Below, piece by piece: positions 16,680 to 20,000 of a stretch of DNA of 20,000 nucleotides. How positions within the stretch are numbered: position 1 is the stretch's first letter; every line of letters begins with the position of its first letter. The translations under genes were made by a program, and so were the position numbers. The notes beneath the pieces were generated by a model. It did not search any database and was not told where the DNA came from. It saw only the letters and a program-made list of their open reading frames with translations. Location of the stretch: IMG/VR virus record IMGVR_UViG_3300030372_005500; one strand, written 5' to 3'. Source of the stretch: an uncultured virus (IMG/VR IMGVR_UViG_3300030372_005500) (Duplodnaviria; Heunggongvirae; Uroviricota; Caudoviricetes).

Positions 16680-17060
16680 TGCGTAGAAGACACATGCAAG
16701 GTAAGCAACACCAGTACACTTTGTGTGGGCATCAAACAACCTCTGGAGAGTGGGCAAGGATGCTAAGGGATGCCAACAAAATTAACTGTAAAAGATGCTT
16801 AATGGTACAGAAAAGAATAGATCAGAAGAAGAATAAGAAGAAGTAGTTTGGTTAACAGTATATCCATTCATGATGCAGCTATAGTAGTCTCAAAATATAT
16901 ACCGTTTATATAGGCATATCAGAACAACATCAGACTATAGTCTAACATATACTGTTGCCCTACAGATAAATCCTAAGATCAATACATAAAAACACTGTTT
17001 ATCCTCTATAAACCCTCCAAAATACCAATGATTTAGATGGTTATTGTTTAATTTTACTCG

Positions 17061-17204
17061 TATATATATTTATATTTATGGGGGTATACGTATTCATAAA
17101 GTAATATATATACTAAACGTATTGGTGTAAGGGGTCCATGCGGTTATATATACTACATTAGACAGTTATATATCTAACCTGCCACGGCAGGAAAACACGG
17201 AGGA
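17061..17204 (+). promoter_or_regulatory. Cluster of TATA-like boxes, short hairpin and RBS upstream of the coat-like genes
   Basis: TATATATA-type tracts at about 17061, 17104, 17144 and 17166; CCTGCC-AC-GGCAGG dyad at 17178-17191; GGAGGA at 17199-17204. Confidence 0.55.
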
Positions 17205-17211
17205 AAAAAGC

Positions 17212-17388
17212 ATGAAATCTTTGAACCGAACCGCAGTCGCTGTTGGCACAACAGTCGGCTCTGTAAGTTCAGCATTTGCTTCAGACACAACTGACGCAAT
17301 CACTGACTTGCTACCTACTATTGTAGAATTAGCTGTAGTCATTGCATTGTTAGGAATGGTCGTAAGCATGTTGAAGAAGATGAACTAA
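17212..17388 (+). CDS. Inovirus pVIII-like coat protein paralog 1 (58 aa; not in ORF track)
   Basis: MKSLNRTAVAVGTTVGSVSSAFA|SDTTDAITDLLPTIVELAVVIALLGMVVSMLKKMN: signal peptide, acidic N-terminus, one TM, basic C-terminus. Confidence 0.75.
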   Translation: MKSLNRTAVAVGTTVGSVSSAFASDTTDAITDLLPTIVELAVVIALLGMVVSMLKKMN

Positions 17389-17401
17389 GCTTAATTGAAA
17401 T

Positions 17402-17581
17402 ATGAATTTCAATAAAGTAGCAGTAACATCTGGAGCAATCTTGGGATCTGCCCAAAGCGCATTTGCAAGCGTAGGTAACGCAACTACAGCTATAACGGAT
17501 TTACTTCCAGTTATAATTGAGTTGGCTATTGTTATAGCACTATTAGGTGTTGTAATGGGCTTGCTAAAGAAGATGAATTAA
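17402..17581 (+). CDS. Coat-like paralog 2 (59 aa; not in ORF track)
   Basis: MNFNKVAVTSGAILGSAQSAFA|SVGNATTAITDLLPVIIELAIVIALLGVVMGLLKKMN. Confidence 0.75.
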   Translation: MNFNKVAVTSGAILGSAQSAFASVGNATTAITDLLPVIIELAIVIALLGVVMGLLKKMN

Positions 17582-17593
17582 GGATATCCTTAA

Positions 17594-17767
17594 ATGAACT
17601 TCAAAAAAGTAGCGCTTAGTGCAGGAGCAACCTTAGGAGCTGTATCAAACGCAGCAGCATCAAACCTATCTGATTCAGTAACAGAATTAGTACCAATTAT
17701 TGTAGAATTAGCAGTAGTTGTCGTACTATTGACTTACGTATTAAGTGTGGTTAAGAAACTAAATTAA
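17594..17767 (+). CDS. Coat-like paralog 3 (57 aa; not in ORF track)
   Basis: MNFKKVALSAGATLGAVSNAAA|SNLSDSVTELVPIIVELAVVVVLLTYVLSVVKKLN. Confidence 0.75.
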   Translation: MNFKKVALSAGATLGAVSNAAASNLSDSVTELVPIIVELAVVVVLLTYVLSVVKKLN

Positions 17768-17776
17768 GGAGTTATT

Positions 17777-17947
17777 ATGTACAACAAAATAGCAACCTCA
17801 GTTGGTTTGACCTTAGGTGCAACATCCAACGCAATGGCAGGTAATTCTACCGACGCAATTTTGGAAATATTTCCAGTAATTGTAGAGTTAGTTATTATCA
17901 TAGCTATGCTTGGATGGATCATGAAGTTATTGAAAGGCCTAAATTAA
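17777..17947 (+). CDS. Coat-like paralog 4 (56 aa; not in ORF track)
   Basis: MYNKIATSVGLTLGATSNAMA|GNSTDAILEIFPVIVELVIIIAMLGWIMKLLKGLN; AAGGAG RBS. Confidence 0.75.
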   Translation: MYNKIATSVGLTLGATSNAMAGNSTDAILEIFPVIVELVIIIAMLGWIMKLLKGLN

Positions 17948-18022
17948 GGCGTTTTAATTAACCTCAGCTTCGCATATTTCGCCCCCCTATCGAGGAAACT
18001 CATCGGCATTTATTGCTGGGCG

Positions 18023-18072
18023 GTTACTCGGCAAAGGTAAGGTGTCACTCCCTTACCTTTCGCCCCTGTAAC
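18023..18072. other. Long stem-loop downstream of the coat-like genes (terminator, RNA stabiliser or packaging signal)
   Basis: Perfect 10-bp stem AAAGGTAAGG (18033-18042) / CCTTACCTTT (18051-18060) with an 8-nt loop, extendable by GGC/GCC and GTTAC/GTAAC. Confidence 0.65.
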
Positions 18073-18107
18073 AATTATATATGCATCCCCAATAAGGTAA
18101 CTAAAAG

Positions 18108-18254
18108 ATGACAAAAAACTCTAACAGAATCAAAACATTTCGAATCGTCGAGAAATCTAACGTTAGTGTGGACAATCCTACTTCTTTTGGCCCTTCAAAA
18201 ATTAAGATTACTATTCCGAAAGGAACTCAATTAAAAGTTAAGGAGGTCAAGTAA
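18108..18254 (+). CDS. 48-aa basic peptide (not in ORF track)
   Basis: MTKNSNRIKTFRIVEKSNVSVDNPTSFGPSKIKITIPKGTQLKVKEVK; TATA box about 27-33 nt upstream; TAATG overlap with 18254. Confidence 0.55.
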   Translation: MTKNSNRIKTFRIVEKSNVSVDNPTSFGPSKIKITIPKGTQLKVKEVK

Positions 18255-19633
18255 TGGCCGCCCAAGTATATAGAGCAAGACAATTCAAGAACGGAAAAGG
18301 ATTTGCAGTAACTACAGCTACGACTAAAGATGGCAAGGCTGATTTTACTAAAGCATTTTTTCTGAAAAACGAAGGTGAAGCTAAACAGAAATATGGAAAC
18401 CAGAAAAATAATTTTAACATAGGTAGTGCATTTGTAAGTCAAAATCCAAATTTATTCCAAGGCAAAAAAAGAAGTAATTTATCAAATCAATTAGGTGGCG
18501 GTAAAGGAAACAGATCTAACTCTGGAGCTGATTTTAAAGGTAAGTCAGGAAAGCCACAACAAAAGTTAGCCAAGCCTTTGCCGAAGCCCAGAGATGTAAG
18601 GGGAGTTCCTAATACAAGCTCCGAGATTGCTGTAAGAAGAATAGCAACAGGAGATTTTGAAGATAAACAAGTTGGAAGAGCATTCCAGAAATGGGCAGGT
18701 GTAAAAAAGATGAAGGATGGAGAATATGACTTCCAAAGAGATGACAAAACGATGGGTAAGGTTTACAATGATTATATTACAGTAAAAACTGCAGCTTCTA
18801 ATTCAACACAATATCTAAAGAATAATGACCCAGAAGCTGCCTTAGAGGAATATACAGATGCAAGCCTTGCAGCAAGCAGATTACCTAAAGAAATAAGAAA
18901 TATTAAGTCAGTTGGAGGAGGCACTTTCTTTGGAAAAGGATATGTAGGAACTATAGAAAAGAATTTCAAGAGTGCAAGTAACCAAGCTGGATATGGCGCT
19001 GCAGATAAAGCATACAAGACAGGTTGGTTCGGTAGGCCAAGTATTGCAGCTAAAATAGAACAATCAAATCTTGAGGCTATGGAAATACAAGCTAAGGCAG
19101 ATAAAGAATCTGCAAAGGCATTGTTAGAAGAAGGTAAAGAAAGGTCTTCGAGGTCTAAATCAGTTAGACTTGCTGAAATAGAGGCTGAGAAAAGAGCAAG
19201 TGCTTCTTTCTTGAATAAGATAACTGGCGGATTAGTAGGTAGAGATTCATTAGCTACATTAAGAGTTAAATCAGAAAGGGCAGAAGCAGAGGCAGCACTT
19301 AAAACAGCAAAACAAGAAGGAGCTGCTGCAGAAGAATCTGCAAAAGCACAAAGAAAAGCAATTAGCGTTCAATCAGGAGCATTCGGAGCCAGGCAAAGAG
19401 CTCAGAAATTAGAAAGCCAAGAATTAGAGAGATTAGAGCAGAGATCTGCAGAAGGCAGGCCCATAACAAAGGCAGACAAAGCCAGGCTTAAGTTTATCAG
19501 AGAATTCGGAGAACAAACGCCTTCATCTTTCGCAAGAGGTGAAAGTCAAGTTAGATCAGTAATAGCGCCTGATGCAGAGACAATCCAGGCAGCAAAAGAC
19601 TTTGAGAGAAAAAAGAGAGGTTCTAAGAAATGA
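18254..19633 (+). CDS. 459-aa basic Lys/Ala/Gly-rich protein with coiled-coil C-terminal half
   Basis: Strong AGGAGG RBS; no Cys and no TM; A/E/K/R-rich helical segments. Confidence 0.75.
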   Translation: MAAQVYRARQFKNGKGFAVTTATTKDGKADFTKAFFLKNEGEAKQKYGNQKNNFNIGSAFVSQNPNLFQGKKRSNLSNQLGGGKGNRSNSGADFKGKSGKPQQKLAKPLPKPRDVRGVPNTSSEIAVRRIATGDFEDKQVGRAFQKWAGVKKMKDGEYDFQRDDKTMGKVYNDYITVKTAASNSTQYLKNNDPEAALEEYTDASLAASRLPKEIRNIKSVGGGTFFGKGYVGTIEKNFKSASNQAGYGAADKAYKTGWFGRPSIAAKIEQSNLEAMEIQAKADKESAKALLEEGKERSSRSKSVRLAEIEAEKRASASFLNKITGGLVGRDSLATLRVKSERAEAEAALKTAKQEGAAAEESAKAQRKAISVQSGAFGARQRAQKLESQELERLEQRSAEGRPITKADKARLKFIREFGEQTPSSFARGESQVRSVIAPDAETIQAAKDFERKKRGSKK

Positions 19634-20000
19634 GTGTAAGAAATGAGATAAGGCCTTATACACGCAAGGTATATACTTCTACTCCAAAATCAGGAACAAT
19701 AAGAATCGCTATTAACAGGAACACTCCATTAGAAGATAGAAAAACTTGGCTTGGAAACACAACACCAATAAAATACAAGACAGTTCCAAGATTTAGATTA
19801 AAGAAAGACGGCAGAATTGATGCACACCAGGATACTCCATATGTAGAAAGACCAGGCAGTCCAAAAAATGTAGTATCATTAGATAAGTATGGTAATAGGG
19901 ACTTACAGACAGAAAAAGAATACTTTGGTTATGCAGGAACTTCAGATAGAGATTATCTTAAAGAAACGGCAGGTGCAGCTAAAGGCGCATCAGACAAAGC
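19630..20000 (+). CDS. Basic hypothetical protein, 3'-truncated by the window
   Basis: ATGA overlap at 19630; frame MSVRNEIRPYTRKVYTSTPKSGTIRIAINRNT... stays open to base 20000. Confidence 0.65.
   Translation, partial: MSVRNEIRPYTRKVYTSTPKSGTIRIAINRNTPLEDRKTWLGNTTPIKYKTVPRFRLKKDGRIDAHQDTPYVERPGSPKNVVSLDKYGNRDLQTEKEYFGYAGTSDRDYLKETAGAAKGASDK

Larger units (their letters stand above)
1..20000. mobile_element. Archaeal virus/provirus segment (inovirus-like morphogenesis genes)
   Basis: Coat-like peptides, Zot/pI-like ATPase, adhesin-like proteins, tyrosine recombinase, Cas4-like nuclease, many tiny overlapping ORFs, no housekeeping genes; boundaries not visible. Confidence 0.75.

Noticed and set aside
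16680..17060. tRNA fragment or att core next to the recombinase
   Set aside because: No T-loop/CCA-like sequence or direct repeat recognisable by eye; needs the host genome.
17166..17369. Track ORF of 67 aa on the minus strand
   Set aside because: Antisense shadow of coat-like paralog 1, which has an RBS and three paralogs on the plus strand.
17212..17947. CRISPR array, DGR cassette or type IV pilin cluster
   Set aside because: The roughly 185-bp periodicity is protein-level paralogy with synonymous divergence; no reverse transcriptase is present; leaders end in AxA (signal peptidase I type), not class III prepilin motifs.
17960..18020. Hammerhead-ribozyme-like CCGAUGAG...CGAAA on the minus strand
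   Set aside because: Core reads CCGAUGA rather than CUGAUGA, and stems I and III cannot be formed convincingly.
10153..19017. Further shadow ORFs (10153-10410, 11426-11617, 11971-12183, 12077-12283, 12327-12515, 12707-12889, 12883-13176, 13326-13631, 15563-15871, 15910-16116, 18227-18442, 18487-18747, 18772-19017)
   Set aside because: Antisense or out-of-frame to better-supported genes.

Overview
AT-rich, gene-dense segment of a probable archaeal virus or provirus, open at both window edges. Archaeal evidence: a TFIIB/TFB-core homologue, a TFS-like zinc ribbon, TATA boxes about 25-30 nt ahead of start codons, and many N-glycosylation sequons in exported proteins. Layout: (i) 1-7785 (+) two very large paralogous membrane-anchored surface proteins and three membrane proteins; (ii) 7754-9410 (-) a Zot/pI-like P-loop ATPase operon; (iii) 9591-12632 (+) HTH protein, SWIM finger, TFB core and small membrane proteins; (iv) 12686-15448 (-) a Cas4/AddB-like nuclease and tiny Zn-finger genes, bracketed by a 31-bp inverted repeat (28/31 identical); (v) 15651-16679 (+) a short, active-site-deviant tyrosine recombinase operon; (vi) 17212-17947 (+) four tandem paralogous 56-59 aa genes, absent from the supplied ORF track, with inovirus major-coat (pVIII)-like architecture; (vii) basic proteins running off the right end. 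Best hypothesis (inference, no searches run): an unusually large inovirus-like or extruded archaeal virus with a four-paralog, probably glycosylated coat, a candidate invertible DNA switch and its own basal-transcription-factor mimics.
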